Notes: generated from the letters alone by a model not told the origin. Counted from the first letter of the stretch, positions 1 through 10,558 are shown. The stretch: 49,429 nt of DNA from Bifidobacteriaceae bacterium (GCA_031278075.1 JAITLE010000216.1:1-49429); one strand, 5' to 3'. Numbers and translations are program-made.

Positions 1-78
1 AGACCCCTCACCCTCAACCCAACAAAACCCAACGGTGAACGCCAACACCCGGGAGGAGACCCGTCCCACCACGCGGCA

Positions 79-726
79 TCAGTAGGGCTCCAACGGGATC
101 TCCTCCGGCCAAAGCAGCCTGTGGCTGTCCATGCACTCAAGGGCATGGTTCTGCGCGGGATCGTAGCCCGGTCGGTGCGCCATCATGCCGTAGGCCTGCA
201 TGATCTCCAGGCTCGGGGTGCCAGGCGTGAAACCCGGCAAACCATTCTCAGCCAGACACTGGATCAGGCTCTCCCACATCGCGTCACGCTCGGCGCCCTC
301 AGGCACATTATCCAACAACCACTGCCTCTGAACCTGAGACAAGTGCTCCCTGGCGCATTCATCGATCGCGAGCGACGCTTCCTCGGGCAACGCTGTCGAC
401 CCCTCCGGGATGTCCACGAGAAAATACTTGGACAAACCGTCGGTGCTCACCGCATTGCCGCCAGAGACGAACCCCCTGTCCTCAATGCACCTCTGAGCCG
501 CCGCAAACGCCGCGTCATACTCCGCCTGAGTCACAACCCCATCATCCAACGGATCATCCACCTGCTCCTCCCCCTCCCCAGAGCAACCAGACACCAACAC
601 CACCACCGCGACGGTCCCCCAACAAAACAACCCAAGCCTGCTGACGCGACCAACCAAACGGGACGCCCCCGAACCCAGCCGACGCTCACGCCGACCTCCC
701 CAACCAGCACGTCCGAGGATCAACAC
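79..726 (-). CDS. hypothetical secreted lipoprotein
   Basis: 215-aa ORF with a GTG start. Basic N-terminus, hydrophobic stretch and lipobox-like LVSGC, then an acidic domain with four further Cys. No family recognised. Confidence 0.5.
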   Translation of the reverse strand: MLILGRAGWGGRRERRLGSGASRLVGRVSRLGLFCWGTVAVVVLVSGCSGEGEEQVDDPLDDGVVTQAEYDAAFAAAQRCIEDRGFVSGGNAVSTDGLSKYFLVDIPEGSTALPEEASLAIDECAREHLSQVQRQWLLDNVPEGAERDAMWESLIQCLAENGLPGFTPGTPSLEIMQAYGMMAHRPGYDPAQNHALECMDSHRLLWPEEIPLEPY

Positions 727-1015
727 GTCAGGGGTACTCCACTTGTGTAGCCGGCCAAATTAGACCCTGCAGAAGTGTGCCCTTGGCCAGTGGTCCGATA
801 GGTCCTGGTCCCCGAACCGTGGCGATCATCCTTCCCCTCAAGAAACCTTTGACTCGCATAGCGCACGCCCTTTCTTGACGCCGGAACCGCGTCTGGGGCG
901 GTCGCCGCGGCTCTTCAGAGCGTACCAGGTGAACGCTAACATTCACAAGCCTCCATACGCGGCGGCCGGACATTCCTCACCCACGAGAGCCCAAGATTCT
1001 TTGCACCAGAAAGGA

Positions 1016-1066
1016 GCAGAAAAAGATGGAGGGCCGTCCCTCGGGGTGGGGGCGGGACGGCCCTCC
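1016..1066 (-). terminator. intrinsic terminator downstream of glpK
   Basis: Perfect 13-bp GC-rich stem (GGAGGGCCGTCCC at 1028-1040, GGGACGGCCCTCC at 1054-1066). On the minus strand it is followed by AUCUUUUUCU. It lies 44 nt after the glpK stop. Confidence 0.75.
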
Positions 1067-1109
1067 GGCTATCGCGTCTCAGCCCACAGAGCTGCCACGC
1101 GGGTGGTGA

Positions 1110-2624
1110 TCAGACGACGTCGTCGTCGACCCAGGCGAACGACTTGCTGACCGCCTTCTTCCAGGAGCGGTAGAGCCGATCCTTCTCCGTGACAGGCATG
1201 TCCGGGGTCCAGCGCCTGGACTCGGCCCAGTTGGCCCGCAAGTCGTCGAGGTTGGACCAGAAGCCCACGGCCAGGCCGGCGGCATAGGCGGCGCCCAACG
1301 CTGTCGTCTCGGCGACGACCGGACGCACCACGGGCACGCCCAGGATGTCGGCCTGGAACTGCATCAGCAGCTCGTTGGCGACCATGCCGCCGTCGACCTT
1401 CAGCTCGGTTAGGGGAACGCCCGAATCGGCGTTGACGGCATCGAGCACCTCGCGTGTCTGGTAGGCGGTGGCCTCCAGGGCGGCGCGGGCCAGGTGACCC
1501 TTGTTGACGTAGCGGGTGAGGCCGGTGAAGACACCCCGGGCGTCCGTGCGCCAATACGGCGCGAACAGACCCGAGAACGCCGGCACGATGTACGCGCCAC
1601 CGTTGTCCTCGACGGTGTTGGCGAGCGCTTCGATCTCGGGGGCGCTCGCCACCAGACCGATGTTGTCGCGCAGCCACTGGATCAACGAGCCGGTCACCGC
1701 GATCGATCCCTCCAGGGCGTAGACCGGCGCTTGGTCGCCGATCTTGTACGCGAGCGTCGTGAGCAAGCCGTTCTTCGACATGACGATGTCGTGGCCGGTG
1801 TTGAAGATCAAGAAGCAACCCGTGCCGTAGGTGTTCTTGGCCTCGCCGGGGCCGAACGCGGCCTGGCCGAACGTCGCCGCTTGCTGATCGCCCAGGATGC
1901 CAGCGACGGGCGTCTCCCGGAGGAGCGAGTCGCTCGAGGCGACGCCGTAGACCTCAGAGGAGGACTTGATCGCCGGCAGCAGGGAACGAGGCACCTTGAA
2001 GATGTCCAGAATGCCTTGATCCCAATCCAGAGTCCGCAGGTCCATGAACAGTGTGCGGGAGGCGTTCGTCACGTCCGTGACATGGACGCCGCCGTTGACG
2101 CCGCCGGTCAGGTTCCAGGTCACCCAAGAGTCCGTGTTGCCGAACAGCAAGTCGCCGGCCTCCGCGCGCTCGCGGACGCCGGGCACGTTCTCCAGGATCC
2201 AGATCACCTTGGTGCCCGAGAAATACGGGTTGAGGGGGAGGCCAACGGTCTCCCGGAAACGGTCCACGCCGCCTTCAGCGGCAAGACGGTCCACGATCGG
2301 CTGGGTCCGCACGTCCTGCCAGACGATGGCGTTGTAGACCGGCTCGCCGGTGCGCTTGTCCCAGATCACTGTGGTCTCGCGCTGGTTCGTGATTCCGACC
2401 GCCGCCACATCGTGCCGGGTGATGTTGGCCTGGCCCAGAGCTGAACCGATCACCTCACGGGTGTTGGCCCAGATCTCCATCGGGTCGTGCTCAACCCAGC
2501 CGGCCTGCGGGAAGATCTGCTTGTGCTCCATCTGGCCCGTCGAGACGATGGCGCCAGAGTGGTCGAACACGATCGCCCTGGTAGAAGTTGTGCCTTGGTC
2601 GATTGCGACTACGTATTTAGTCAT
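1110..2624 (-). CDS. glpK: glycerol kinase
   Basis: 504 aa. N-terminus [21 protein letters not shown] and full-length FGGY-kinase/GlpK-like sequence ([27 protein letters not shown]). Confidence 0.97.
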   Translation of the reverse strand: MTKYVVAIDQGTTSTRAIVFDHSGAIVSTGQMEHKQIFPQAGWVEHDPMEIWANTREVIGSALGQANITRHDVAAVGITNQRETTVIWDKRTGEPVYNAIVWQDVRTQPIVDRLAAEGGVDRFRETVGLPLNPYFSGTKVIWILENVPGVRERAEAGDLLFGNTDSWVTWNLTGGVNGGVHVTDVTNASRTLFMDLRTLDWDQGILDIFKVPRSLLPAIKSSSEVYGVASSDSLLRETPVAGILGDQQAATFGQAAFGPGEAKNTYGTGCFLIFNTGHDIVMSKNGLLTTLAYKIGDQAPVYALEGSIAVTGSLIQWLRDNIGLVASAPEIEALANTVEDNGGAYIVPAFSGLFAPYWRTDARGVFTGLTRYVNKGHLARAALEATAYQTREVLDAVNADSGVPLTELKVDGGMVANELLMQFQADILGVPVVRPVVAETTALGAAYAAGLAVGFWSNLDDLRANWAESRRWTPDMPVTEKDRLYRSWKKAVSKSFAWVDDDVV

Positions 2625-2681
2625 TGAACACTGAGTCCTTTCTCAGTCGTCTGCTTATGCGAGGTCGAGTGCCGGGCCGCG

Positions 2682-3455
2682 TCAGCCGACCACGGGCACG
2701 CCGACCAGCTGGGCCAGCAAGCCGGCGATCACGCCGCCGACGATTGGACCGGCCACGGGAACCCAGGAGTAGCCCCAGTCGGAGCTGCCCTTGCCCTTGA
2801 TCGGCAGCACGAAGTGGGCGATGCGGGGGCCCAGGTCGCGAGCCGGGTTGATGGCGTACCCAGTCGGGCCGCCCAGAGAGGCGCCGATGCCGACGATCAG
2901 CACCGCGACCGCCAGCGGACCCAGCCCCGAGGGCGAGCCCGCAGCCATGATCACCCAGTAGACCAGCACGAAGGTGGCGATGACCTCTGTCACGAAGTTC
3001 CAGGTGTACGAGCGGACCGCCGGGCCGGTGGAGAAGGTGCCGAGCTTGCTGCCCGGGTCCGGTTCGTCGTCATAGTGCTGCTTGTAGGCGGCCCAGGCGA
3101 TGACAGCGCCGAGGAACGCCCCAAGGAACTGCGCGCCGATGTAGGCCGCGGTCGACGCGAAGTCGATGTCGATCCCGGAAGACCAGGTGTCGGCGCCTGA
3201 CGCGATGATCCCGAACGTCACGGCGGGGTTGAGGTGGCCGCCCGACTTATAGGCGGCGTAGACGCCGGCGAAGACGCCGAAGCCCCACCCGAAGTTGATC
3301 ATCAGCCAGCCGCCGCCGAAGCCCTTGGTCTTCGTCAGGATCGCGTTGGCCACGACCCCGACGCCAAGGACCAGCAGCGTTGCCGTTCCGATCAGCTCAG
3401 GGATGAAGATGTCAGTCATGATGGTGGGTTGTTCGCCAACTGCGAGTAGCTCCAC
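2682..3455 (-). CDS. glpF: glycerol uptake facilitator (MIP/aquaporin family)
   Basis: 257 aa, multi-pass hydrophobic protein with two NPA boxes (HLNPAVTF, INPARDLGPR). Directly upstream of glpK. GTG start preceded by AAAGGGG; an alternative ATG lies at 3419. Confidence 0.92.
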   Translation of the reverse strand: MELLAVGEQPTIMTDIFIPELIGTATLLVLGVGVVANAILTKTKGFGGGWLMINFGWGFGVFAGVYAAYKSGGHLNPAVTFGIIASGADTWSSGIDIDFASTAAYIGAQFLGAFLGAVIAWAAYKQHYDDEPDPGSKLGTFSTGPAVRSYTWNFVTEVIATFVLVYWVIMAAGSPSGLGPLAVAVLIVGIGASLGGPTGYAINPARDLGPRIAHFVLPIKGKGSSDWGYSWVPVAGPIVGGVIAGLLAQLVGVPVVG

Positions 3456-3589
3456 AGTCTGCCCCTTTCGACTAGATGGATGGGTGAAATGAGCGGCCGT
3501 CTTTGGCCGTCAAATGCGGCGCCGACAGCAGATTCCCTTGAAGTGCTCACTTAGGGCAACCACGATGCACAAACGTGCAACAATTGGAT
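3456..3589. promoter_or_regulatory. divergent glpFK / regulator control region
   Basis: Intergenic between divergent genes. Direct repeat GGCCGTC-TTT-GGCCGTC (3495-3511) and palindrome TGCAC-AAAC-GTGCA (3566-3579). No promoter hexamers assigned. Confidence 0.35.
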
Positions 3590-4543
3590 ATGCCCACCAG
3601 CCGCGCGGAAGACCTGTTCATCGCCGCCTCCCTGTATTACAGCCAAGGCCAGACCATGGAGGCTGTCGCCCGCCGGCTCGGCACCTCCCGTTCCACGGTC
3701 TCGCGGCTCCTCAAAGCCGCCCGCGAACAGGGCATAGTCTCAATCACGCTGAACGATCCGTCCAGGGATCTCGAGGGAGTCGCCGCCCTGGTCCGGGGCC
3801 GGTTCGGCGTCAACGTCACGGTTGTTCCCCTGCCCCGCGAAACAGACGAGATGGAGCGGCTCAAGATGGTCGCCTCAGAGGCGGCCGGAGTGTTGGGCCG
3901 CTGGATGGGACCCTCGATGGTCTTGGCCGTCGCTTGGGGCAACACGACAGCGGCGATCTCTCAGGAGCTGCGCCCCAAGGCCATCCGCGGCGCGGCCGTC
4001 GTCCAACTCAACGGCGCCGCCAACACGCGCACCTCCGGTGTCTCATACACGGCCGCGCTACTCTCAGGCTTCGCCCGGGCCTTCAACGCCTCGATCATGG
4101 ATTTCCCCGTGCCGACGTTCTTCGACTCTCCAGCCACCAAGGAGATGATGTGGCGGGAACGGTCGATCACCCGCGTCCTGGAGGCGCAGGCCAAAGCCGA
4201 TATCGCGCTGATGTCCGTCGGCTCCCTAGACGGCACGCTGCCCAGCCACGTCTACGCCGCCGGCTATCTCGACAGCCGCGACATGAAGATGCTGAAACAC
4301 GAGCGGGTGGTCGGCGACGTGTGCACAGTCTTCATCCGCGGAGACGGCTCGTACGAGGACATCGCCATCAACCGCCGCGCGTCCGGCCCCACGCCCGCGC
4401 AGCTCCGCGCCATCCCCCGGCGCCTCATGGTGGTGGCGGGGGACGCGAAGGTCGACGGCTTGCTCGGAGCGCTGCGCGCCGGGGTGGCCACGGACCTCGT
4501 GGTGGACGACAGAACCGCAGGGCTCCTCGCCCAGCGCATGTGA
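3590..4543 (+). CDS. SorC/DeoR-type sugar-binding transcriptional regulator
   Basis: N-terminal HTH (LYYSQGQTMEAVARRLGTSRSTVSRLLKAAREQGIV) followed by a SorC-type sugar-binding domain. Start set at the ATG at 3590 (MPTSRAEDLF); the track start is a GTG at 3575. Divergent from glpFK. Confidence 0.85.
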   Translation: MPTSRAEDLFIAASLYYSQGQTMEAVARRLGTSRSTVSRLLKAAREQGIVSITLNDPSRDLEGVAALVRGRFGVNVTVVPLPRETDEMERLKMVASEAAGVLGRWMGPSMVLAVAWGNTTAAISQELRPKAIRGAAVVQLNGAANTRTSGVSYTAALLSGFARAFNASIMDFPVPTFFDSPATKEMMWRERSITRVLEAQAKADIALMSVGSLDGTLPSHVYAAGYLDSRDMKMLKHERVVGDVCTVFIRGDGSYEDIAINRRASGPTPAQLRAIPRRLMVVAGDAKVDGLLGALRAGVATDLVVDDRTAGLLAQRM

Positions 4544-4554
4544 CCGCCACGCCG

Positions 4555-4712
4555 CCCCCAGCGCCCGATGCCGTCCCGCCAGGCCAGCAGGGCCCCTCAC
4601 GCGGGCAGCCACAACGTCACCACACGCCCGACGCCGTCCCGCCACGCCCCCTGAGCCCCTCACGCGGGCAGCCACAACGTCACCACACGCCCGACGCCGT
4701 CCCGCCAGGCCC
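4555..4712. repeat. 63-bp tandem repeat, about 2.5 copies, intergenic
   Basis: CGCCCGA(T/C)GCCGTCCCGCCA recurs at 4562, 4625 and 4688. GCCCCTCACGCGGGCAGCCACAACGTCACCACA recurs at 4592 and 4655. Lies between the convergent stops of the regulator (4543) and map (4727). Confidence 0.8.
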
Positions 4713-4726
4713 CGCCCACCGGCCGC

Positions 4727-5548
4727 TCAGAGCGGGGCCACCACCACGCCGCGCTCGGCCAACTCCGTGGCGCCGCCGTCCTCGGCGGTCAGAACCCACA
4801 CACCGGCCGCGGTGCGGGCCACAGTGTGCTCCCAGTGGGCCGCGAGGCCGCCATCCACCGTCCGCACAGTCCAGCCGTCCGTGTCCACGGAGGCGGCGAT
4901 CTCACGCTCCACCACCATCGGCTCGATCGCCAGCACCATGCCAGGCCGCACCCGCGGTCCCCGCTCCCGGGCCGCGTAATTGAGCACATCCGGGTCCATA
5001 TGCATAGCCGTGCCGATGCCGTGCCCGCCGTAGTCCCGGATCACCCCGAAGGACGGCGCAGCCTGACGCACGGACGCCTCCACCGCGGCGCCTATCTCAC
5101 CCACCCGGGCGGCTGAGGCGAACGCCGCGACACCATCCCACAGCGCCCGCCGAGTGACCTCGACCAACGCCTCGGCGTGCGCCTGCGCCTCGCCGACACA
5201 GACCGTGACCGCCGCATCCGAATGCCAACCGTCCAGCACCGCGCCGCAGTCGACCGAGACGACATCGCCCTCCCGCAACACCTGGCCCTGAGGTATGCCG
5301 TGGACCACCACGTCGTTGATCGAAAGGCAGATCGAGGCGGGATAACCGTCGTAGCCCAAGAAGTTCGGGCGCGCGCCCGCGTCCCGGATGACACTCTCCG
5401 CCAAAGCGTCGACATCCCGCGCGACCGCACCTGGCGTCAGCGCCTCACGCACCGCGGCCAAAGCCCGAGCCGTCACCAGCCCGGATGCGCGCATCGCCCT
5501 GATCTGAGCCGGCGTCTTCAGCTCGACACGCTCACGCCGCAGAATCAC
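4727..5548 (-). CDS. map: methionine aminopeptidase, type I
   Basis: 273 aa with a pita-bread fold signature (VVHGIP, DVVSVDCGAVLDGWHSDAA, GHGIGTAMH, LAIEPM). Follows adk as in the spc-secY-adk-map arrangement. Confidence 0.95.
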   Translation of the reverse strand: MILRRERVELKTPAQIRAMRASGLVTARALAAVREALTPGAVARDVDALAESVIRDAGARPNFLGYDGYPASICLSINDVVVHGIPQGQVLREGDVVSVDCGAVLDGWHSDAAVTVCVGEAQAHAEALVEVTRRALWDGVAAFASAARVGEIGAAVEASVRQAAPSFGVIRDYGGHGIGTAMHMDPDVLNYAARERGPRVRPGMVLAIEPMVVEREIAASVDTDGWTVRTVDGGLAAHWEHTVARTAAGVWVLTAEDGGATELAERGVVVAPL

Positions 5549-5573
5549 TTCGGCGCCACCGTCAGGGCCTGCA

Positions 5574-6149
5574 TCAGACCGCCACGCCCAAGGCGAGGCA
5601 GACCCGCGCGGTCACATCCTCAACGGTCCCGGCCGCGTCCACGCGCTTCAGCAGCCCCCGCTCCCGGTAGACCCGCGCGATCGGCTCGGTCTGCGCGTGG
5701 TAGACGGCCAGGCGCTCGCGGATCACATCCTCGGAATCGTCCGCGCGGCCCTCCAACGCCGCCCGGCGGGTCAGCCGCTCCACGACAAGGTTCTCGGCGA
5801 GGCTGAACTCCAACGCGGCCGAAAGGCGCCACCCCAACTCGTCGAGCATCTGGTCCAGGACTCCCACCTGGGGGACGTTACGCGGGTAACCGTCCAGGAT
5901 GAAGCCGCGGACGGCGTCGTCCGCCCCAAGGCGGTCCCGCACCATGGCGTTGACCACGGCGTCAGGCACCAGGTGGCCCTGCGCGATGTACGTCCGCGCC
6001 TCGACGCCCAAGGCGGAGCCGCGGGCCATCTGGTCGCGTAACAGAGCCCCCGTCGAGATCTCCGGAATGGCCAGCGCGGCCGCCAACAACGTCCCCTGGG
6101 TGCCCTTGCCGGAGCCAGGCGGCCCCAACAGGACCAACCGCTGACTCAC
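5574..6149 (-). CDS. adk: adenylate kinase (short-LID type)
   Basis: 191 aa. P-loop LLGPPGSGKGTQ and ILDGYPRN. 4-nt overlap with the secY stop. Confidence 0.95.
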   Translation of the reverse strand: MSQRLVLLGPPGSGKGTQGTLLAAALAIPEISTGALLRDQMARGSALGVEARTYIAQGHLVPDAVVNAMVRDRLGADDAVRGFILDGYPRNVPQVGVLDQMLDELGWRLSAALEFSLAENLVVERLTRRAALEGRADDSEDVIRERLAVYHAQTEPIARVYRERGLLKRVDAAGTVEDVTARVCLALGVAV

Positions 6150-7447
6150 CGGAGGAAGCCGCCGTAGTGACGTTGCTCGAGCTGGGCCTCGATCTGTTTG
6201 ACCGTGTCAAGGCCCACACCCACGATGATCAGCAACGTGGTGCCGCCGAACGGCAGGTTCTGGGTGATCCCCAACAAACCGAACAGCACCTGTGGCACCA
6301 AGGCGACCACCGCCAAGTAAATCGACCCGGGCGTGGTGATGCGCGTGATCACATAGTTGAGATACTCCGCCGTGGGGCGGCCCGCCCGGATACCAGGGAT
6401 GAAGCCGCCGTACTTCATCATGTTGTCTGCGACTTCTTGCGGGTTGAACGTGATGGCCGTGTAGAAGAAGCAGAAGAAGATCGTCAACGCGCCGTAGAGC
6501 ACCATGTACAGCGGGTCGGTCGACGAGAAATTCCGCTGGATCCAGACCACGAAGGCGTTCGAGGGGTCCGCCGAGAACTGCGTGAACATGGTCGGCAGCG
6601 ACAACAACGAGGACGCGAAGATGATCGGGATGACGCCGGCGGTGTTGATCTTCATCGGAATGTAGTTGGTGCCGCCGCCCAACGTGCGCCCGCCCACCAT
6701 CCGCTTGGCGTATTGCACGCGGATGCGGCGCTGGCTCTGCTCGACGAAGACGATCGCGCCGATCACGGCCACGAACACGATCAGCACCACGATCAGGTTC
6801 GTCACACCGTTGGTGCTCCCCCAAATCTGGCCCAACGACGCGGGGAAACCGGCCACGATCGAAGTGAAGATGAGCAACGACATGCCGTTGCCGACGCCCT
6901 TCTCGGTGATGAGTTCGCCCAGCCACATGATCAGGCCGGTGCCGGCGGTCATCACGATGATCATCAGGGTCAGCGTCCAAGGCGTGTCCGGGTCGATCAC
7001 CTGGATGTCGCTGCTCACAGTCCCGAACAGCGCCCCGGTCCGCGCCGTGGTGATCACCACGGTCGATTGGAGGACCGCCAACGCGATCGTGAGGTAGCGG
7101 GTGTACTGGGTGAGCTTGGTCTGGCCGGACTGGCCCTCCTTGTGCAGGGTCTCGAACCGTGGGATCACGACGCGCAAGAGCTGCACGATGATGCTCGCCG
7201 TGATGTACGGCATGATCCCCAGCGCGAACACCGACAACTGCAACAACCCGCCGCCGGAGAACAGATTGATCAAGCCCAACAGGTCGCTCGACTGCGACTG
7301 TTCCTGGATCGCGTCGATGGCGGCCGGGTCCACACCAGGCGTCGGCACAAACGAGCCGACCCTGAACAGCACCATGATGCTGATCGTGAACAGCAGTTTG
7401 CGCCGCAGGTCCGGCGTCCGGAACGCCTTGGCAAAAGTCCCTAGCAC
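6146..7447 (-). CDS. secY: preprotein translocase subunit SecY
   Basis: 433 aa, 10-TM-like hydrophobic profile, SecY-type sequence (LGIMPYITASIIVQLL, GGFIPGIRAGRPTAEYL). Follows rplO. Confidence 0.97.
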   Translation of the reverse strand: MLGTFAKAFRTPDLRRKLLFTISIMVLFRVGSFVPTPGVDPAAIDAIQEQSQSSDLLGLINLFSGGGLLQLSVFALGIMPYITASIIVQLLRVVIPRFETLHKEGQSGQTKLTQYTRYLTIALAVLQSTVVITTARTGALFGTVSSDIQVIDPDTPWTLTLMIIVMTAGTGLIMWLGELITEKGVGNGMSLLIFTSIVAGFPASLGQIWGSTNGVTNLIVVLIVFVAVIGAIVFVEQSQRRIRVQYAKRMVGGRTLGGGTNYIPMKINTAGVIPIIFASSLLSLPTMFTQFSADPSNAFVVWIQRNFSSTDPLYMVLYGALTIFFCFFYTAITFNPQEVADNMMKYGGFIPGIRAGRPTAEYLNYVITRITTPGSIYLAVVALVPQVLFGLLGITQNLPFGGTTLLIIVGVGLDTVKQIEAQLEQRHYGGFLR

Positions 7448-7515
7448 GGGGGATCCTTTCTGGACGAATGGGGCTGCCGGGCCGAACCGCTGGTCGCGAG
7501 TGGCCTAGGCCGTTA

Positions 7516-8109
7516 TCACTGTAACGGTTGGGGCTCCACCGTGCCCCCGGCGGCGATGATCTTGACCCGAGCGGCGGCGGATGCCGCCTGCACCCTGACC
7601 TCCAGCCGGACCGCCACAGCGCCGTCTCCCAGCACCTTGACCGGGCGGCGCGGCCGCACCACGCCCCGCGCCGCGAGGTCCTGAGCGGTCACCACGCCGC
7701 CGCCTGGGTAGAGTTCCTCAAGCCTGTCAAGGTTGACGACCTGATACTCCACGCGGAAGCGGTTCTTGAAGCCGCGCAGCTTCGGCAACCGCATGTGCAA
7801 CGGCATCTGCCCGCCTTCCAGCCGCGCGGGCACCTGCGAACGCGCCTTTGTGCCCTTGGTGCCCCGGCCGGCGGTCTTGCCCTTCGACCCCTCGCCGCGG
7901 CCCACGCGGGTGCGCGCCGTCTTGGCGCCCGGCGCGGGCTTGAGGTGGTGCGCCTTCAACACGTGGGACTTGGCGACCTTGGCGGACGATGCCGACCGGT
8001 CGGGATCGTCCACAACCGTCGCGGCGCCGACCACCGCCTCAGGTGGCGTCGCGGCGCTCTCCAACGGCTCCGCCGCCTGGGCGGGGACCTCGTCTTTCTT
8101 CTTGGCCAT
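7516..8109 (-). CDS. rplO: 50S ribosomal protein uL15 with about 49-aa N-terminal extension
   Basis: Core [36 protein letters not shown]. The ATG at 8109 lies 2 nt after the rpmD stop with GAGGAG 11 nt upstream. A canonical-length start would be the GTG at 7962, which has no SD. Confidence 0.88.
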   Translation of the reverse strand: MAKKKDEVPAQAAEPLESAATPPEAVVGAATVVDDPDRSASSAKVAKSHVLKAHHLKPAPGAKTARTRVGRGEGSKGKTAGRGTKGTKARSQVPARLEGGQMPLHMRLPKLRGFKNRFRVEYQVVNLDRLEELYPGGGVVTAQDLAARGVVRPRRPVKVLGDGAVAVRLEVRVQAASAAARVKIIAAGGTVEPQPLQ

Positions 8110-8111
8110 CG

Positions 8112-8297
8112 TCAGTCGATCTCCTCAACGGTCACGAGATGGGCGACTGTGCGAACCATGCCGCGCACCACTGAACTGTCTTCCTTTTCCACGGTCTGGC
8201 CGATCTTCCGCAACCCGAGCGACCGCAGCGTCTCCCGCTGGTTGCGCTGGCCGCCGATTCCGGACTTGACCTGTTTGATTCTGAGCGTGGCCATCAC
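8112..8297 (-). CDS. rpmD: 50S ribosomal protein uL30
   Basis: 61 aa: [36 protein letters not shown]. Overlaps the rpsE stop. Confidence 0.93.
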   Translation of the reverse strand: MMATLRIKQVKSGIGGQRNQRETLRSLGLRKIGQTVEKEDSSVVRGMVRTVAHLVTVEEID

Positions 8298-8944
8298 TTC
8301 TCCTCACCGTCGCGGGTCGCCACGACCACGGCTTGGGCCTGGCGCTTGAGCAACGCGGCGGGCGCCACGCGCTCCAGCGGCAGGCCACGGCGCACCGCCA
8401 CAGCCGCCGGCTCCTCCAAAGCGCGCAGAGCGGCGACCGTCGCGTGGGCGATGTTGATCGCGTTGGACGATCCCAACGACTTGGACAGGACGTCGTGGAT
8501 GCCAGCGCACTCGAGGACCGCGCGGACGGGGCCGCCGGCGATCACACCTGTGCCGGGGGCGGCTGGGCGCAAGAAGACCACGCCTGCGGCCGCCTCGCCC
8601 TGGACCGGGTGCGGGATGGTCTGAAGGATGCGCGGCACCTTGAAGAAAGACTTCTTCGCCACCTCGACACCCTTCGCGATCGCCGCCGGCACCTCCTTCG
8701 CTTTGCCGTAGCCGACACCGACTGTCCCGTCGCCGTCGCCCACGACCACCAAGGCCGTGAAAGAGAACCGCCGCCCGCCTTTGACGACCTTGGCGACGCG
8801 GTTGATGGCGACCACGCGCTCGAGGTATTGGCTCCTGTCGTCGTCAGCGCGTGAGCCGCGCCGACCGTCCCGGCGGCCGGAGTCGCGCCGGGCGCCGCCG
8901 CCGTCACGGCCCGCCTGCTCAGGACCTCGCTGCTCTGCAGCCAT
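8294..8944 (-). CDS. rpsE: 30S ribosomal protein uS5 (Arg/Gly/Asp-rich N-terminal extension)
   Basis: 216 aa. Core [45 protein letters not shown]. Confidence 0.95.
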   Translation of the reverse strand: MAAEQRGPEQAGRDGGGARRDSGRRDGRRGSRADDDRSQYLERVVAINRVAKVVKGGRRFSFTALVVVGDGDGTVGVGYGKAKEVPAAIAKGVEVAKKSFFKVPRILQTIPHPVQGEAAAGVVFLRPAAPGTGVIAGGPVRAVLECAGIHDVLSKSLGSSNAINIAHATVAALRALEEPAAVAVRRGLPLERVAPAALLKRQAQAVVVATRDGEEK

Positions 8945-8984
8945 CAGATGCTCTGCCTTCCGTTGTGCTTCGACATGCGTGCTC

Positions 8985-9350
8985 CTAGAGGGTCAGCCCG
9001 CCGCCGCGGGCCCCTTCAGCGACAGCGGCCACCCGGCCGTGGTACTTGTTTCCGCCGCGGTCGAACACCACGGCCTCGATGCCTTTGGCGCGAGCGCGTT
9101 CGGCCACCAACTCGCCGACCCGCCGGGCCTTGGCCGTCTTGTCGGCCGTGGCCGCACGCAACTCCGTCTCCATGGTGGAGGCGGACGCCAGCGTGTGGCC
9201 CACCGTGTCGTCGATCACCTGAGCCACCATGTGGCGCGCCGACCGAGTGACCACGAGGCGCGGCCGTGCCGCGGTGCCCGCGACGCTCTTGCGCAACCGG
9301 CGGTGCCGTTTGGCCCGCTGCGCCGCCCTTGAAACCGTCGCCATAGTCAC
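8985..9350 (-). CDS. rplR: 50S ribosomal protein uL18
   Basis: 121 aa: [34 protein letters not shown] ... [25 protein letters not shown]. Confidence 0.95.
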   Translation of the reverse strand: MTMATVSRAAQRAKRHRRLRKSVAGTAARPRLVVTRSARHMVAQVIDDTVGHTLASASTMETELRAATADKTAKARRVGELVAERARAKGIEAVVFDRGGNKYHGRVAAVAEGARGGGLTL

Positions 9351-9889
9351 TTACCAGCCTTTCCAACCTTGCGCCGGACCGCTTCGCCTTGGTAGCGCAC
9401 GCCTTTGCCCTTATACGGCTCGGGTTTGCGGATCTTGCGGATGTTCGCCGCGACCTCGCCGACCAGTTCCTTGTCGATCCCGCTGACCGTGAACCGCGTC
9501 GCCGTCTCCACCGCGAACGTGATCCCCGGGGGGGCTTTGACCGGCACCGGGTGAGAGAAGCCCAGAGCGAACTCCAAGTCGCCCTCCCTGGGCACGACTC
9601 GGTAGCCGGTGCCGACGATCTCCATGACCTTGGTGTACCCGGCGGTCACCCCCGTCACCATGTTGGCGACCAGGGTGCGGGAAAGCCCGTGCATGGAGCG
9701 GGAGCGCCGCTCGTCGTTCGGGACGGTGACGACGATGGCGCCGTCCTCGTCGCGGGCGACGGACACGGGCTCGGGGAGCACGCGGCTCAGGGTCCCCTTG
9801 GGACCGTTGACCGTCACTGCGCGGCCGTCGATTGTCACATCCACCCCCGCGGGCACGGGGATGGGCAGCTTGCCGATGCGCGATGCCAT
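9347..9889 (-). CDS. rplF: 50S ribosomal protein uL6
   Basis: 180 aa: [22 protein letters not shown] ... [16 protein letters not shown]. Confidence 0.95.
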   Translation of the reverse strand: MASRIGKLPIPVPAGVDVTIDGRAVTVNGPKGTLSRVLPEPVSVARDEDGAIVVTVPNDERRSRSMHGLSRTLVANMVTGVTAGYTKVMEIVGTGYRVVPREGDLEFALGFSHPVPVKAPPGITFAVETATRFTVSGIDKELVGEVAANIRKIRKPEPYKGKGVRYQGEAVRRKVGKAGK

Positions 9890-9902
9890 TTCCGGTTCCC
9901 TC

Positions 9903-10301
9903 CTACCAGATGTAGGCGAGGACTTCCCCGCCCACTCCTCGTTTGGCCGCCTGCCGGTCCGTCATCAACCCCGAAGAGGTCGACAAGATGGCGATGCCTA
10001 GACCGCCGAGCACCCGCGGCAGGTTGGTCGACTTGGCGTAGACGCGCAGGCCCGGCTTCGAGATGCGCTTCAAACCGGCGAGCGCCCGTTGGCGGCCCGC
10101 CCCATATTTCAACACCACCCGCAGGGTCGCGCCGACCGGCGCCTCCTCCTTGGAGTGGGCCGTGATGTAGCCCTCACGCTGCAGGATCTCGGCGATGGCG
10201 GCCTTCATCTTCGAATACGGCATGGCCACGGACTCGTGGTGCGCCGCGTTCGCGTTGCGGATCCGCGTCAGCATGTCCGCGATCGGATCGGTCATTGTCA
10301 T
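9903..10301 (-). CDS. rpsH: 30S ribosomal protein uS8
   Basis: 132 aa: [20 protein letters not shown] ... [11 protein letters not shown]. Confidence 0.95.
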   Translation of the reverse strand: MTMTDPIADMLTRIRNANAAHHESVAMPYSKMKAAIAEILQREGYITAHSKEEAPVGATLRVVLKYGAGRQRALAGLKRISKPGLRVYAKSTNLPRVLGGLGIAILSTSSGLMTDRQAAKRGVGGEVLAYIW

Positions 10302-10371
10302 GTGGGCGATCCCACCTTCCTCGCCACGGTTTCGCCGGCCAAAGCGGCCCGGCGACCTGCGGCGTAGTCGA

Positions 10372-10557
10372 TTACCAGCTGGATTTGGTCATTCCGGGCA
10401 GTTCGCCGCGGTGCGTCAGCTCACGCAGACACACCCGGCACAGCCCAAACTTGCGGTACACGCTGCGGGGCCGGCCACACCGGTTGCAGCGCGTGTAGGC
10501 CCGTACCTTGAACTTCGGCGTCCGGGCCGCCTTGACGATCAGTGACTTCTTCGCCAC
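10372..10557 (-). CDS. rpsN: 30S ribosomal protein uS14, zinc-binding type Z
   Basis: 61 aa with CxxC...CxxC (CNRCGRP...CRVC), ending SSW. Confidence 0.95.
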   Translation of the reverse strand: MAKKSLIVKAARTPKFKVRAYTRCNRCGRPRSVYRKFGLCRVCLRELTHRGELPGMTKSSW

Positions 10558-10558
10558 G

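Noticed and set aside
728-973. 81-aa minus-strand ORF, and the 875-1150 plus-strand ORF, in the lower-GC gap between glpK and the lipoprotein gene.
   Set aside because: No SD, atypical composition and no family resemblance. The region is better explained as the glpK terminator plus the lipoprotein promoter/5' UTR. A small GTGAA-N8-TTCAC inverted repeat (929-946) was judged too weak to call.
4555-4712. Tandem repeats here, and in rplD/rpsC, considered as a CRISPR array.
   Set aside because: The copies are directly abutting with no unique spacers. The periods are 63, 27 and 12 nt, and two of the three arrays are in-frame coding repeats. No cas genes are present.
3514-4983. 489-aa plus-strand ORF spanning the regulator gene, the tandem repeat and the end of map.
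   Set aside because: It is out of frame with the clearly recognisable SorC-type regulator. Its sequence is Arg/Pro-rich junk that merely translates the 63-bp repeat (PDAVPP...SRGQPQRHHT twice).
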